In this document: piece after piece, positions 18,197-28,933 of the stretch | Position numbering within the stretch: position 1 is the stretch's first letter | How the letters are laid out: each line of letters opens with the position of its first letter | DNA from: an uncultured Candidatus Saccharibacteria bacterium | GTDB lineage: Bacteria > Patescibacteriota > Minisyncoccia > Phycocordibacterales > XYD1-FULL-46-19 | Length of the DNA: 64,000 bases | NCBI GenBank assembly: GCA_964510655.1 | Contig: CAZEAY010000002.1 | Location: 26,613 to 90,612 of the forward strand | Direction of reading: 5' to 3' | The notes under the pieces: generated by a model | Database searches by the model: none | What the model was told of the DNA's origin: nothing | The model's input: only the letters and a program-made list of their open reading frames with translations | Translations under genes and position numbers: made by a program

Positions 18197-18262
18197 TTTT
18201 TCTTGTGTAATTTTGGAAATCAGGTAATATTTTTTTAGGTCTAGAATAAAGGAGGTTTTTCC

Positions 18263-18496
18263 ATGAAGTTCTTTGTACTCGGATTGTTCTGTCTTTTGAT
18301 GGCCTTGGGAGTAAAGCAGCTCCAAAAACTGACTCAGGCGACATCTTTTCCCGGACAAATTCCCAAGGGGATGTTGGTCCAGACCCAGTCCTGTTTGCCG
18401 GCTTCACTGCGGACCTTTCGCCGTCGGCACAAGCTGACTAGAAAGGAAAGATGGAGAGGTCCCTTTGAAGAGACGTTCTTTGTTTGGATGTATTAA
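18263..18496 (+). CDS. Small hypothetical protein with N-terminal hydrophobic segment
   Basis: Strong SD AAGGAGG upstream of the ATG; own terminator at about 18512-18550. Confidence 0.55.
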   Translation: MKFFVLGLFCLLMALGVKQLQKLTQATSFPGQIPKGMLVQTQSCLPASLRTFRRRHKLTRKERWRGPFEETFFVWMY

Positions 18497-18555
18497 GCCT
18501 CATCTCAAAGCAAAACCCCAGTCCTGTTTAGGCTGGGGTTTTTATTTTTTTAAAT

Positions 18556-18762
18556 TTATTTTTCGATTCTAATTTCTAGTTGTTTGCCGGCTTTAAGACA
18601 TTTGGTGCAAACTTTTAGGCGGGAGCCGTCGGTCAATTTGGCCCATTGTAAATTAGGCTGTTTGCGCAGTTTTGGGATTGGATTGTATTTGGTGGCACGG
18701 ACGCGGTTGGAGTAGCCTCCGACCATCTGGCTGCCTTTGTTACAAATTGGACAAGATTTCAT
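18556..18762 (-). CDS. rpmB: 50S ribosomal protein L28 (zinc-binding type)
   Basis: CPICNK...PNLQ...LKVCTKCLK. Confidence 0.85.
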   Translation of the reverse strand: MKSCPICNKGSQMVGGYSNRVRATKYNPIPKLRKQPNLQWAKLTDGSRLKVCTKCLKAGKQLEIRIEK

Positions 18763-18821
18763 GATATTTATTGGTTATTTAACTCGCCCATGGTAACATA
18801 AAGACATAATTTTGCAAGTAT

Positions 18822-19427
18822 ATGATTGCTATCTTCTATATTTTAATTGTCTTATTTTCTGTTGTTATCCATGAGGTTTCCCATGGTTTTATGGCTAATC
18901 TCTTAGGTGATCCTACGGCTAAAATACAAGGTCGTCTGACCCTCAACCCCTTAAAACATCTTGATCCGGTTGGGTCCATTATTTTACCGGCAATGCTGTA
19001 TTTTTCTGGGGTTCCCGTCATTGGCTGGGCTAAACCAGTGCCCTTTAACCCTTATAATCTTAGGGCGGGTAAGTGGGGCCCCGCTCTGGTGGCGGTAGTC
19101 GGGCCGGTCTCTAACTTGATTGTGGCTAGTTTTTTTAGTCTATTAATTAGGTTAAATATAGCCTTTCTTCTTGTTGGTGCTCCTTTTAATGAGCTCTGCA
19201 TGGTTATTGTGGGACTGAACGTGGTTTTGGCGATCTTTAATCTTGTTCCTATCCCACCACTTGATGGCTCCAAAGTCCTTTTTGCTGTTTTGCCTTATAA
19301 AATGCGCTACATTGAAGCCTTTTTAGAGCGCTACGGTTTGTTGTTGATAATTCTTTTTCTCTTTTGGGGAGTCAGTCTCATCCTTCCTATTCAGCAGTGG
19401 CTAGTCGGTTTCCTTGTGGGGGTCTAA
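18822..19427 (+). CDS. Site-2 protease (M50) family protein
   Basis: HEVSH, GRLTLNPL.H.DP.G, GP.SN, FNL.PIPPLDG. Confidence 0.92.
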   Translation: MIAIFYILIVLFSVVIHEVSHGFMANLLGDPTAKIQGRLTLNPLKHLDPVGSIILPAMLYFSGVPVIGWAKPVPFNPYNLRAGKWGPALVAVVGPVSNLIVASFFSLLIRLNIAFLLVGAPFNELCMVIVGLNVVLAIFNLVPIPPLDGSKVLFAVLPYKMRYIEAFLERYGLLLIILFLFWGVSLILPIQQWLVGFLVGV

Positions 19428-19640
19428 AAGATTGCATTATTTGCTGATATATAGTACAGTATAGCCACTAGTCATTTGCTTCTGTAGCTGGAAACAAAGG
19501 CTTTTTTAAGAATTAGAGTTGTTACTTGATCTGGTTTTACACTTAACTTAATCAGACTAGTATCTTATTTATCGGGCCTGTCGGGCCTTACCGACGGTTC
19601 GTTTTTTTGTGTTAATTAATAATTTGTAATTGAATTCAAG

Positions 19641-20060
19641 ATGCCTACAATTAATCAGTTAGTAAAAAGAAGTCGTAAACCAGTTCGCCGCAAGTCCCAA
19701 ACGGTGGCTTTGTCGCGTGGTTTTGATGCCTTGGAGAACAAGCCGACTTTCTACCCAGCTCCTTTTAAACGTGGAGTTTGTACGGTAGTCAAAACAACCA
19801 CTCCTAAGAAACCAAACTCGGCGTTGCGTAAAATTGCGCGTGTTCGTTTGACTAATGGAATGGAAGTAACCGCTTATATTCCTGGAGAAGGTCATAATTT
19901 ACAAGAGCACTCGGTGGTAATGATCCGTGGTGGTCGGGTAAAAGACTTGCCTGGTGTTCGTTATCATATTGTTCGTGGTGTGCTTGATTGTGCTGGGGTA
20001 GAGAAACGCCGCCAGGGTCGCAGTTTGTATGGTAATAAAAAGCCAAAAGCTAAAAAATAA
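19641..20060 (+). CDS. rpsL: 30S ribosomal protein S12
   Basis: [30 protein letters not shown]. Confidence 0.98.
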   Translation: MPTINQLVKRSRKPVRRKSQTVALSRGFDALENKPTFYPAPFKRGVCTVVKTTTPKKPNSALRKIARVRLTNGMEVTAYIPGEGHNLQEHSVVMIRGGRVKDLPGVRYHIVRGVLDCAGVEKRRQGRSLYGNKKPKAKK

Positions 20061-20070
20061 TTAAACTCCT

Positions 20071-20550
20071 ATGCGAAGAAAAATAACAAACAAGCGACAA
20101 CTTAAACCAGATTTCCAGTACAATTCGGTAAAAGTGGAAAAGTTGATCAACTATATTATGGAGCGGGGCAAGAAAAATGCTGCGCGTAAAATTGTTTATG
20201 GTGCTTTTGAGATTATAAAAGAGGATGCCAAAAAAGATCCAATTGAGATCTACGAAGAAGCCTTGAAAAACGTTGGTCCTTTAACCGAGATTCGTTCTAA
20301 GCGAGTTGGAGGGGCAAACTATCAGGTTCCTCACGAAGTTCGTCCAGAACGCCGATTAGCTTTGGCTTTGCGTTGGATGATCGAGGCCGCTGGATCTAAA
20401 AAAGGAAAACCAATGGCGATTAAGTTGTCTGAGGAATTACTCGCGGCGGCTAAGAATGAAGGTGACGCTGTTAAAAAGCGTGAAATGGTTCATCGCATGG
20501 CTGAGGCGAATCGTGCCTTTGCTCACTTTGCTGTGGCAAGAAAGGGCTAA
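20071..20550 (+). CDS. rpsG: 30S ribosomal protein S7
   Basis: RVGGANYQVP, HRMAEANRAFAHF. Confidence 0.98.
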   Translation: MRRKITNKRQLKPDFQYNSVKVEKLINYIMERGKKNAARKIVYGAFEIIKEDAKKDPIEIYEEALKNVGPLTEIRSKRVGGANYQVPHEVRPERRLALALRWMIEAAGSKKGKPMAIKLSEELLAAAKNEGDAVKKREMVHRMAEANRAFAHFAVARKG

Positions 20551-20637
20551 AATTAAATTATAAATTAAAAATGTAAAGTTAAAAATTAAGATCTTAGATT
20601 TCATTTCTAATTTCTAATTTTTAATTTCTAATTAAAT

Positions 20638-22788
20638 ATGAGAGATTATCCATTAGAAAAAGTTCGTAATTTTGGAATTATTGCGCACATTGATGCCGGT
20701 AAAACTACCACTTCAGAACGCATTCTGTTTTACACGGGTGAAAGTCATAAAATTGGAGAAGTCCACGACGGAGCAACCGTTACTGACTGGATGGAACAGG
20801 AGCGTGAGCGTGGTATTACCATTACTTCAGCCGCCATTACCTGTTTTTGGAATCCGACTTATATGGGGACTGATGTTTCTAAAAAGGTTCGGTTCAATAT
20901 TATTGATACACCAGGGCACATCGACTTTACGGCTGAAGTAAAGCGTTCTTTGCGTGTTCTCGACGGGGCAGTGGTGGTGTTTGATGGGGTGGCGGGGGTA
21001 GAACCACAGTCCGAAACCAACTGGCGTTATGCTGATGATGGTAATGTTCCTCGAATCTGTTTAATTAATAAACTTGATCGAATGGGGGCATCATTTGAAA
21101 AGTCTTTTCAGTCAATCCTGGATCGTCTAAATAAAAATGCCGTTCGGATGCAGATTCCGATTGGTTTAGAAGAAAATTTTGAAGGAGTAATTGATTTACT
21201 TAAAATGAAGGCCTTCTATTTTGAAGGTAATATGGGTAGTCAAATCCGGGAAGCGGAAATTCCAGCTGAATACTTGGAAGAAGCAAAAAAATACCGTGCC
21301 GAATTGGTTGAAAAAATTGTTGAACAAGATGAGACTTTACTCAATGCTTATTTTGAAGGAAAAGAACCTTCCTTTGAGCAACTAAAGGAGACTCTTCGTC
21401 AAGCTGTTTTGTCGGTAAAAATTATTCCGGTTTTTGCTGGTTCCGCTTTGAAAAACAAAGGGGTGCAACTCGTTTTGGATGGTGTTGTTGATTATCTGCC
21501 GTCGCCCCTTGACATTCCTCCAGTTCATGGAATTGACCCTAATACCGGAGAAACAATTTATCGTAATGCTTCAGACGAAGAGCCTTTTTCTGCTCTCGCT
21601 TTTAAGTTACAAACAGATCCCTTTGTTGGTCAGTTAACTTTCTTCCGAGTCTATTCTGGATCAATTTCTTCGGGTACTTATATCTACAATTCTACTACTG
21701 GTGAAAAAGAACGCCTTGGTCGCATTGTTCGTATGCAGGCCGATAAGCGGGAAGAAGTTCAAACGGTATATGCTGGAGAGATTGCCGCGGCTGTTGGTTT
21801 GAAAAATGCTAAGACTTCTCATACTTTTTGTGATGAAGAAAAACCAATTATCCTTGATCAGATTAAATTCGTTGAACCCGTTATCTCGATGCGAATTGAG
21901 CCTAAGACTAAAGCCGATCAAGAAAAAATGGGTATTGCTCTTAAAAAATTATCTGATGAAGATCCTACCTTTAAAATTAATTCTGATTCGGAAACTGGTG
22001 AGACTTTAATTTCCGGTATGGGCGAACTTCACTTGGATATTATGGTGGATCGCATGAAACGCGAATTTAATGTGGAAGCTAATATTGGTAAACCACAGGT
22101 ATCGTATAAGGAGACTATTACCGGGACGGCTGAAGTGGAAAATAAGTATGTTAAACAGTCTGGGGGTAAGGGGCAATACGGTCATGTGAAAATTAAGATT
22201 AAGCCAATGGATACTTCTTTGACTGAGGAACAGATTAAAGACTTACCTAAGAATGTTAAGCGTTATGTCGATTTTGAATTTATTAACACAATTAAGGGCG
22301 GAGCTATTCCTGGGGAATATATTCCCGCCGTCGAAAAAGGTTTGAAAGAAGCCATGGAGCGTGGAGTTTTGGCTGGTTATAAATTGGTCAATGTTTCGGT
22401 TGAGCTTTATGATGGTTCTTTCCATGAGGTAGACTCTTCTGAACTCGCGTTTAAACTAGCTGCTTCTATGGCCCTTCAAGAGGGTATTAAGAAAGCTAAT
22501 CCGGTAATTATGGAGCCAATTATGAAGTTAGAGGTCATTGTTCCGGAAAAATTCATGGGTGATGTCACCGGTAACCTTTCTTCTAAGCGAGCCCAAATCG
22601 AAGGAATGTCTGATCGTGTTGGTGGCTTGAAAGTGGTAGATGCTAAAGTGCCTCTTTCGGAAATGTTTGGTTATGTCACCAACTTACGTTCGATGACCGA
22701 AGGACGGGGAACTTCGACAATGGAATTTTCCCACTATGCGATTGTGCCAAAGAATGTGGAAATGACAATTATGGAAGGAAGGAAATAA
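20638..22788 (+). CDS. fusA: Elongation factor G
   Basis: [31 protein letters not shown]. Confidence 0.98.
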   Translation: MRDYPLEKVRNFGIIAHIDAGKTTTSERILFYTGESHKIGEVHDGATVTDWMEQERERGITITSAAITCFWNPTYMGTDVSKKVRFNIIDTPGHIDFTAEVKRSLRVLDGAVVVFDGVAGVEPQSETNWRYADDGNVPRICLINKLDRMGASFEKSFQSILDRLNKNAVRMQIPIGLEENFEGVIDLLKMKAFYFEGNMGSQIREAEIPAEYLEEAKKYRAELVEKIVEQDETLLNAYFEGKEPSFEQLKETLRQAVLSVKIIPVFAGSALKNKGVQLVLDGVVDYLPSPLDIPPVHGIDPNTGETIYRNASDEEPFSALAFKLQTDPFVGQLTFFRVYSGSISSGTYIYNSTTGEKERLGRIVRMQADKREEVQTVYAGEIAAAVGLKNAKTSHTFCDEEKPIILDQIKFVEPVISMRIEPKTKADQEKMGIALKKLSDEDPTFKINSDSETGETLISGMGELHLDIMVDRMKREFNVEANIGKPQVSYKETITGTAEVENKYVKQSGGKGQYGHVKIKIKPMDTSLTEEQIKDLPKNVKRYVDFEFINTIKGGAIPGEYIPAVEKGLKEAMERGVLAGYKLVNVSVELYDGSFHEVDSSELAFKLAASMALQEGIKKANPVIMEPIMKLEVIVPEKFMGDVTGNLSSKRAQIEGMSDRVGGLKVVDAKVPLSEMFGYVTNLRSMTEGRGTSTMEFSHYAIVPKNVEMTIMEGRK

Positions 22789-22831
22789 ACTAATTAGAAA
22801 TTACCAATTCCAAATTAAAAATTAAATTCAC

Positions 22832-22859
22832 AAAAAAGCGGGCGACACCCGCTTTTTTG
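22832..22859 (+). terminator. Intrinsic terminator after fusA
   Basis: aaaaaagcggg-loop-cccgctttttt. Confidence 0.75.
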
Positions 22860-22929
22860 TTATTAGTTATCAACATATTTCTATATTGGACATGTCCTTG
22901 ACTTTTATTTCTGTGTTATACTGCGAATA

Positions 22930-23643
22930 ATGGTACTAAGGAAGAACTATCGTCCACGAAAAGGGAACTCTCTTACGAGGCTAGTTGTTGCGCTAGCGGT
23001 GTTGTTGGTGCTCGGTTTGGGCGGGAAAGTTTGGTATGTTTATGCCCAAAATGATGATATAGAAACTAAAGGACAACTAACAGAGACTCATCCGTCCTCT
23101 TTAGTTAATTTTGATAAAACTACCTGGAGTATTTTAAGAGATCCAGATAATTCTTTCGAAATAAAATTTCCTAAAAGTATTCTTAAAAGAAATTCTAAAC
23201 AGGTCAATTCTCCTCTTGCTAATGAAGAAAAGTTGAAATCCGTCGGTCTGGCCCATATTATTCCGGCCTCTAATTGTGATGTTCCAAATTCGGTGCGCTG
23301 TGTTCCCACTACCACTGATATGGCGATAGATTTCTTTTCTGTCACTAGGAATTTTAATGATGTTTTTAAGGAATTACAAAAGATTTATGGTCCAAATATG
23401 TTGGTGGTGACTGTTGATGGCCATCAAGGTGTGAGGTTTAGTCTCGGTGATGCCAAAGAGGGGGTGGTCTATACAGCTCTGCCAATTAATAATACTAAAA
23501 CTCTGTTTATTAAGCGGTACTATCTAAAAGAACCCCCAAAGTCCTCTTTGGGGAGTAATTTGGCTGACTTTATTAGCCCTCCTGATCAGAAAGACCTTTT
23601 TGATCAAATTATGTCCAGCCTGACTTTTCGCCCAACCCTTTAG
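22930..23643 (+). CDS. Hypothetical protein with one N-terminal TM anchor, inserted between fusA and tuf
   Basis: Long ORF, hydrophobic residues 19-37, extended -10 TGTTATACT 7 nt upstream. Confidence 0.7.
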   Translation: MVLRKNYRPRKGNSLTRLVVALAVLLVLGLGGKVWYVYAQNDDIETKGQLTETHPSSLVNFDKTTWSILRDPDNSFEIKFPKSILKRNSKQVNSPLANEEKLKSVGLAHIIPASNCDVPNSVRCVPTTTDMAIDFFSVTRNFNDVFKELQKIYGPNMLVVTVDGHQGVRFSLGDAKEGVVYTALPINNTKTLFIKRYYLKEPPKSSLGSNLADFISPPDQKDLFDQIMSSLTFRPTL

Positions 23644-23894
23644 GGGGGATAGTCTGTCTCTAAAGTATTAAACCCTCTCTTGACTTATCGAGTCCTTCTG
23701 TTAATATGGAGGCTACGCTAATGTGCGTGCTTTTTATTGTTAACAGGGGAGAGCAAGATAAAAAAGTTGTTATTTTTTTATCTTCGAACCAAGGAAGACA
23801 ATATCTTATCTAGTTATATTGTGTTGTTGTCAACAACATCACGTTAAAAAAGACAAGAAATTATTAATAGTTTATTAAGTATTTAAATAAAAGT

Positions 23895-25097
23895 ATGGCA
23901 GAAAAATTTGACAGGTCTAAGCCACACGTAAACGTTGGTACAATTGGCCACGTTGACCACGGTAAGACAACTACGACAGCAGCTATTTTGCATGTCTTAA
24001 ACTTAGCAAAGGATCAAGGCTACAGCGCTCGCGTTGAGGGTGTTGATGGTATTGATAATGCTCCAGAAGAAAAAGCTCGTGGAATCACGATTGCTCTTCA
24101 CCACTCTGAATACCAGACACCTAGTCGTCACTATGCTCATATTGACGCCCCAGGTCACGCTGACTACATCAAGAACATGATTACTGGTGCTGCTCAGATG
24201 GATGGAGCGGTATTGGTAGTAGCCGCCACTGATGGTGCTATGCCTCAGACTCGTGAGCACGTTCTTTTGGCTCGCCAAGTAGGTGTACCAAAGATGATCG
24301 TTTACTTGAACAAGTGTGATATGGTTGATGACCCTGAAATGATTGACTTGGTAGAAGAAGAAATTCGTGAGCTTTTGACCAAGCAAGAATTTGATGGTGC
24401 CAATGTACCTATCATCCGTGGTTCTTCTTTGAAGGCTTTGGATGCTACCTCTTTGGATGATCCATGGGCTCAAAAAATTATGGAATTGGTAAAGGCTATG
24501 GATGAATACATTCCTGATCCTGTTCGTGAAAACGACAAACCTTTCCTTATGCCAATCGAAGACATCTTCTCAATCGAAGGCCGTGGTACTGTTGTTACTG
24601 GCCGTATCGAGCGCGGAGTTGTGAAAGTGGGTGAAGAAGTGGAAATTGTTGGTATTAAAGACACCGCTAAAACCACTATCACTGGAATTGAAATGTTCAA
24701 CAAGCAATTGGAAGAAGGTATGGCTGGTGATAATGCCGGTATTCTTCTTCGCGGCTTGAAGAAAGACGATGTTACTCGTGGTCAAGTTTTGTGTAAGACT
24801 GGTTCCGTAAAGCCTCATACAGATTTCGTGGCTGAGGTATACATCCTTACCAAAGAGGAGGGTGGCCGTCATACTCCATTCTTCACTGGCTACAAGCCAC
24901 AGTTTTATGTTCGGACTACCGACGTAACTGGAGAAGTAACTCTAAATGAAGATGTAAAAATGGTTATGCCTGGAGATACTGTAACTTTCAACGTAAAGTT
25001 GGTAGCCCCAGTTGCTTTGGAAGAAAAACAGCGCCTTGCTATCCGTGAAGGAGGTAAGACTGTCGGCGCCGGTGTGGTTACTAAGATCAACGCCTAG
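23895..25097 (+). CDS. tuf: Elongation factor Tu
   Basis: [36 protein letters not shown]. Confidence 0.98.
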   Translation: MAEKFDRSKPHVNVGTIGHVDHGKTTTTAAILHVLNLAKDQGYSARVEGVDGIDNAPEEKARGITIALHHSEYQTPSRHYAHIDAPGHADYIKNMITGAAQMDGAVLVVAATDGAMPQTREHVLLARQVGVPKMIVYLNKCDMVDDPEMIDLVEEEIRELLTKQEFDGANVPIIRGSSLKALDATSLDDPWAQKIMELVKAMDEYIPDPVRENDKPFLMPIEDIFSIEGRGTVVTGRIERGVVKVGEEVEIVGIKDTAKTTITGIEMFNKQLEEGMAGDNAGILLRGLKKDDVTRGQVLCKTGSVKPHTDFVAEVYILTKEEGGRHTPFFTGYKPQFYVRTTDVTGEVTLNEDVKMVMPGDTVTFNVKLVAPVALEEKQRLAIREGGKTVGAGVVTKINA

Positions 25098-25128
25098 CTA
25101 GCTTAAGAGTGTTTTGACCCTTAAAAAA

Positions 25129-25509
25129 ATGCCCACAACCGCTACAACTAAAACCAAAAAAGTTACCGCTAAGGCGAAAGCTAAACCAGAGGTTGAAAAA
25201 GATCTCTCCCGCCTTCGTATTAAGGTATCGGCTTATGAAAACAAAATTCTTGATGCTTCCGTCAAGCAGATTGTAGACACAGCTATGCGGTACGATGGTA
25301 AAGTTAGGGGACCAATACCTCTTCCAACCGAGATTAAAAAATATACGGTTAATCGCTCTAGTTTCATTGATAAAAACTCTCGTGAGCAATTTGAAATGAG
25401 AATTCATAAGCGGGTAATCGATATTGTGAGTCCATCTCCAAAAATTATCGAAAATCTCACAAACTTAAATTTACCATCTGGTGTCAATATCGACGTTAAG
25501 ATGATGTAA
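25129..25509 (+). CDS. rpsJ: 30S ribosomal protein S10 with Lys/Thr-rich N-extension
   Basis: LRIK..AY, GPIPLPT, SREQFEMR.HKR. Confidence 0.96.
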   Translation: MPTTATTKTKKVTAKAKAKPEVEKDLSRLRIKVSAYENKILDASVKQIVDTAMRYDGKVRGPIPLPTEIKKYTVNRSSFIDKNSREQFEMRIHKRVIDIVSPSPKIIENLTNLNLPSGVNIDVKMM

Positions 25510-25512
25510 AAC

Positions 25513-25540
25513 TAAAAAACCGCCTTCGGGCGGTTTTTTA
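25513..25540. terminator. Bidirectional terminator
   Basis: aaaaaaccgcc-ttcg-ggcggtttttt. Confidence 0.8.
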
Positions 25541-25551
25541 GTTTCTTTCTA

Positions 25552-25995
25552 CTAATCACTGATATTAAATATCGCCATAATTAATCTAGCTAAAAGTCCA
25601 CGTTTTTTCTTTGGAGCTTCTTTTTTTTCTATTCCACCACCTCCTCCATTCATACTTTGGTTGAGAGAAATTTGATTATTTATATTAATACCACTAGAAT
25701 CAGAATTTTTGTCTTCAGGTTTAGATTCTGGTGTGATTCCTCTGATTTCACCTTTCAATTGTTCAATTCTTTCTCGCCTTTCTCCTTCTAGGTTTGTTTG
25801 TGGTATCTCCTCTGTCTCCATGTGTCCATCGGGGTTTTCTGGAGGGGTTAGATTATCATTTTCAGGATTTTCTTGTTCTGTTTCGGTCGCATTTTCAGGT
25901 TTGGCGAGACTGCTCATGTCAACTATCTCTGCCCCATCTTGCCCCTCTTCTTTTACTTCTTCTTGATGGGGTTTAAAATTTTCCGCTGAATTCAT
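25552..25995 (-). CDS. Acidic low-complexity hypothetical protein with C-terminal basic/amphipathic helix
   Basis: E/N/P-rich ORF ending KKKRGLLARLIMAIFNISD. Confidence 0.65.
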   Translation of the reverse strand: MNSAENFKPHQEEVKEEGQDGAEIVDMSSLAKPENATETEQENPENDNLTPPENPDGHMETEEIPQTNLEGERRERIEQLKGEIRGITPESKPEDKNSDSSGININNQISLNQSMNGGGGGIEKKEAPKKKRGLLARLIMAIFNISD

Positions 25996-26192
25996 ATTGA
26001 TTGTGGTTAGCTAATTCATTAAATTATAGCATGATAGTCCTTCTTGTCATCAAGGAAGGGGATATAAAGATATCGTAAGAGTTTGGTGTTTGACTTTTTT
26101 CGGTTATTTGATAGTATTATCCCAAGCTCGCTTAGGGCTCTTGTTTTTTGTACGGAGCACCTAATACCATTTAAATAAAGCATTTCTATGAA

Positions 26193-26325
26193 TCCCGTGG
26201 TATTAAATGGCATCGTTGGGGACATAGGAAAGGGTGGAGCTGAATCAATTAAGTAAATTAACAAATTTTAATATAGATGGCATAGGAGAGTCCCAACCGG
26301 ACAATGCCATTTTCCACTAACGGGA
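26193..26325. mobile_element. 133-bp MITE-like hairpin element at the rplC start codon (copy B)
   Basis: TCCCGT...ACGGGA ends; TGAA direct repeats at 26189-26192 and 26326-26329; about 30-bp imperfect terminal inverted repeats. Confidence 0.7.
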
Positions 26326-26948
26326 TGAAATTCATTCTTGGCACAAAAGTAAATATGACTCAGGTTTTTGAGGATAATGGACGGGTAACTACCGGTACCC
26401 TTATTTCTGCGTTGCCAATGAAGGTTACTCAGGTTAAAAGCTTGGCTAAGGATAAATATGAATCTGTCCAAGTTGGCTCCGGAGAGAAGAAAGCTAAAAA
26501 TGCCTCAAAGGCGGTGTTAGGTCACTTGAAAACCAATACTCCTGCTGAAGGAAAGGCTTTTCGTCATATTCAAGAATTCCGTCTCTCCAGTCCAGCTGTC
26601 AATGTTGGCGACACTATCGACGTCTCAGTTTTTGCTGAAGGGGATGTCGTGACAGTCTCTGGGCTTTCGAAATCCAAGGGTTTCCAGGGGGTAGTAAAGC
26701 GTCATGGTTTTCATGGAGGACGTCGTTCTCATGGACAGAAACATTCCGAGCGTGAGCCAGGTTCTATTGGTGCCACCAGTCCTCAACGCGTTTTTCGCGG
26801 TACTCGAATGGCGGGACGAATGGGAGGAGAAAGAATTGCTGTTAGAAATTTAAAGGTGGTAAAAATTGATAAAGAAAACAATCAAATTTTGGTTAGTGGG
26901 GCCATTCCTGGTCGCCGTGGGACTTTGGTTGAAATCGTAAGTAAGTAG
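26325..26948 (+). CDS. rplC: 50S ribosomal protein L3 (start moved from 26304 to 26325)
   Basis: MKFILGTK..MTQ.F, SKGFQGVVKRH, PGSIG, MAGRMGG. Confidence 0.97.
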   Translation: MKFILGTKVNMTQVFEDNGRVTTGTLISALPMKVTQVKSLAKDKYESVQVGSGEKKAKNASKAVLGHLKTNTPAEGKAFRHIQEFRLSSPAVNVGDTIDVSVFAEGDVVTVSGLSKSKGFQGVVKRHGFHGGRRSHGQKHSEREPGSIGATSPQRVFRGTRMAGRMGGERIAVRNLKVVKIDKENNQILVSGAIPGRRGTLVEIVSK

Positions 26949-26967
26949 AAACAATTTAAATACAAAT

Positions 26968-27642
26968 ATGACAAACGCCAAATTACAAACTAAAATATTC
27001 AGTCAGACTGGTAAGGAAGCCGGCAATATTGAATTACCTGCCAATGTTTTTGGTGTAAAATGGAATGCTAATCTTGTTCATCAAGTGGCTACTTCCATGA
27101 TGTCTAATGCTCGCAATACGGTGGCTGATACTAAAGGCCGAGGAGAAGTTTCTGGTGGCGGTAAGAAACCTTGGCGTCAAAAAGGTACTGGCCGGGCTCG
27201 TCATGGTTCTTCTCGTTCTCCTATTTGGAAAGGGGGAGGAGTTACTCATGGTCCAACTTCAGAAATAAACTTCAAACGAAAGATCAACAAAAAGATGAAG
27301 GCTAAGGCTTTATTCGCTATTCTTTCGGCTAAACTAAAAGATGGTGAAGTAATCATGCTGGAAGACTTAAAATTGTCTGCCCCTAAGGTTAAGTTGGCTC
27401 AAGATACTCTCGCTAATTTGGCGAAAAGTGGTTTTGAGAAGATAAACTACAAGGTGGGCAAGCGCGTTATTATTGCCACTCCAGAGCTTGATGAAAATAT
27501 GCAAAAGAGTTTCCGCAACATTAAGAGCGCTACCGTTGAGGAAGTGCGCAATCTAAATCCATTGTCTTTGTTGAATTACAAATATGTCGTTTTTGTTCGA
27601 CCAGAGGATAGTCTTAAACAAGTAATTGCTCGCGTAAAATAA
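26968..27642 (+). CDS. rplD: 50S ribosomal protein L4
   Basis: EVSGGGKKPWRQKGTGRARHGS.RSP.W.GGG. Confidence 0.97.
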   Translation: MTNAKLQTKIFSQTGKEAGNIELPANVFGVKWNANLVHQVATSMMSNARNTVADTKGRGEVSGGGKKPWRQKGTGRARHGSSRSPIWKGGGVTHGPTSEINFKRKINKKMKAKALFAILSAKLKDGEVIMLEDLKLSAPKVKLAQDTLANLAKSGFEKINYKVGKRVIIATPELDENMQKSFRNIKSATVEEVRNLNPLSLLNYKYVVFVRPEDSLKQVIARVK

Positions 27643-27647
27643 ATACC

Positions 27648-27953
27648 ATGTCCGTTATCAGTAAATCAATTAAAGCTGCTACTCTTACCCTTTCTCGTCC
27701 ACGCGTGACCGAAAAGGCTACTTTCTTGTCGGGAGCTAAAAACCCTGTTTACACCTTTGAGGTGGTTAAAGAGGCGACTAAGGCGGAAATAATTAAAGTA
27801 TTTAAGAGTAAGTATAAGTTAGAGCCAGTGAAGGTGAATATTGTAAATTTACCTCGCAAATCTACTTTCAAGCGTGGTCACTTGGGTTTTAAAACTGGTG
27901 TCAAAAAAGCGTTAGTTTTTTTGAAGCCGGGAGAAAAACTAGAATTGATCTAA
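27648..27953 (+). CDS. rplW: 50S ribosomal protein L23
   Basis: P.VTEKA, YTFEV, ATKAEI, KKALV.L; operon position. Confidence 0.93.
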   Translation: MSVISKSIKAATLTLSRPRVTEKATFLSGAKNPVYTFEVVKEATKAEIIKVFKSKYKLEPVKVNIVNLPRKSTFKRGHLGFKTGVKKALVFLKPGEKLELI

Positions 27954-27978
27954 CTAATTAAGTTTTACGAATAATAAG

Positions 27979-28818
27979 ATGAAATCCTACAAACCAACAA
28001 CCGCTTCTCGTCGTCACACCGTTACGATTGACTATCGTAAGCTTTTGAGTGGTGACAAACCAACTAAGTCTTTGACTAAGGGGGCCAAACGTCATGTTGG
28101 CCGCAACAATGTTGGCCGCATCACCGTTCGTCATAAGGGGGGTGGACATAAGCGAACTTTCCGCACCGTAGATTTTATTTATAATAAATTTAATATTCCC
28201 GCCAAGATTGAGACTATTGAATACGACCCAAATCGCTCCGCGTTTATTGCCCTAGTATGTTACAACGACGGCGAACGACGCTATCACGTTGTTCCTAGGG
28301 GGATGAAAGTAAACGATCGTTTCATTGTTTCTGAGGCCGCTGACCTAAAAACCGGCAACCGTTTGAAATTAAAAAATATTCCCGTTGGTACTTTTATCTA
28401 TAACTTAGAGATCAAACCTTTGGCTGGTGCTAAAATGATCCGCTCTGCCGGAAACTACGCCGAAGTTATGTCCAACGATGCTGGCTATACGATGGTTAAA
28501 ATGCCATCGACTGAAGTGCGCAAATTTGATGAAAATGCTTGGGCCTCAGTTGGAGAAATTTCCAACGAAGACCATCATCTAGAAAACTATGGTAAGGCGG
28601 GTAAATCTCGCTGGAAGGGTATTCGTCCAACTGTTCGCGGTACCGCTATGAACCCAGTTGATCACCCATACGGAGGAGGAGAAGGCGTCCAGGGTCGTGG
28701 TCTACGCCGAGCCAAGAGTATGTGGGGTAAGCCAACTGGCGGAGAGAAGACACGTACACCTAAGAAATACTCCAACTATCTTATCGTTTCTCGTCGGAAA
28801 GTAGGAAAAAAGAAATAA
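27979..28818 (+). CDS. rplB: 50S ribosomal protein L2
   Basis: GRNN.GRIT.RH.GGGHKR, EYDPNRSA, RPTVRG.AMNPVDHP.GGGEG. Confidence 0.98.
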   Translation: MKSYKPTTASRRHTVTIDYRKLLSGDKPTKSLTKGAKRHVGRNNVGRITVRHKGGGHKRTFRTVDFIYNKFNIPAKIETIEYDPNRSAFIALVCYNDGERRYHVVPRGMKVNDRFIVSEAADLKTGNRLKLKNIPVGTFIYNLEIKPLAGAKMIRSAGNYAEVMSNDAGYTMVKMPSTEVRKFDENAWASVGEISNEDHHLENYGKAGKSRWKGIRPTVRGTAMNPVDHPYGGGEGVQGRGLRRAKSMWGKPTGGEKTRTPKKYSNYLIVSRRKVGKKK

Positions 28819-28933
28819 TTAACTCAACTAAAAATACCCCTAAAAATAGGGGTATTTTTGACATATACTCCCACCACTTGCTTTTTATATCTATATATGG
28901 TATAATATAAGAAGGTAAAAAAGGAGTAGTTCC

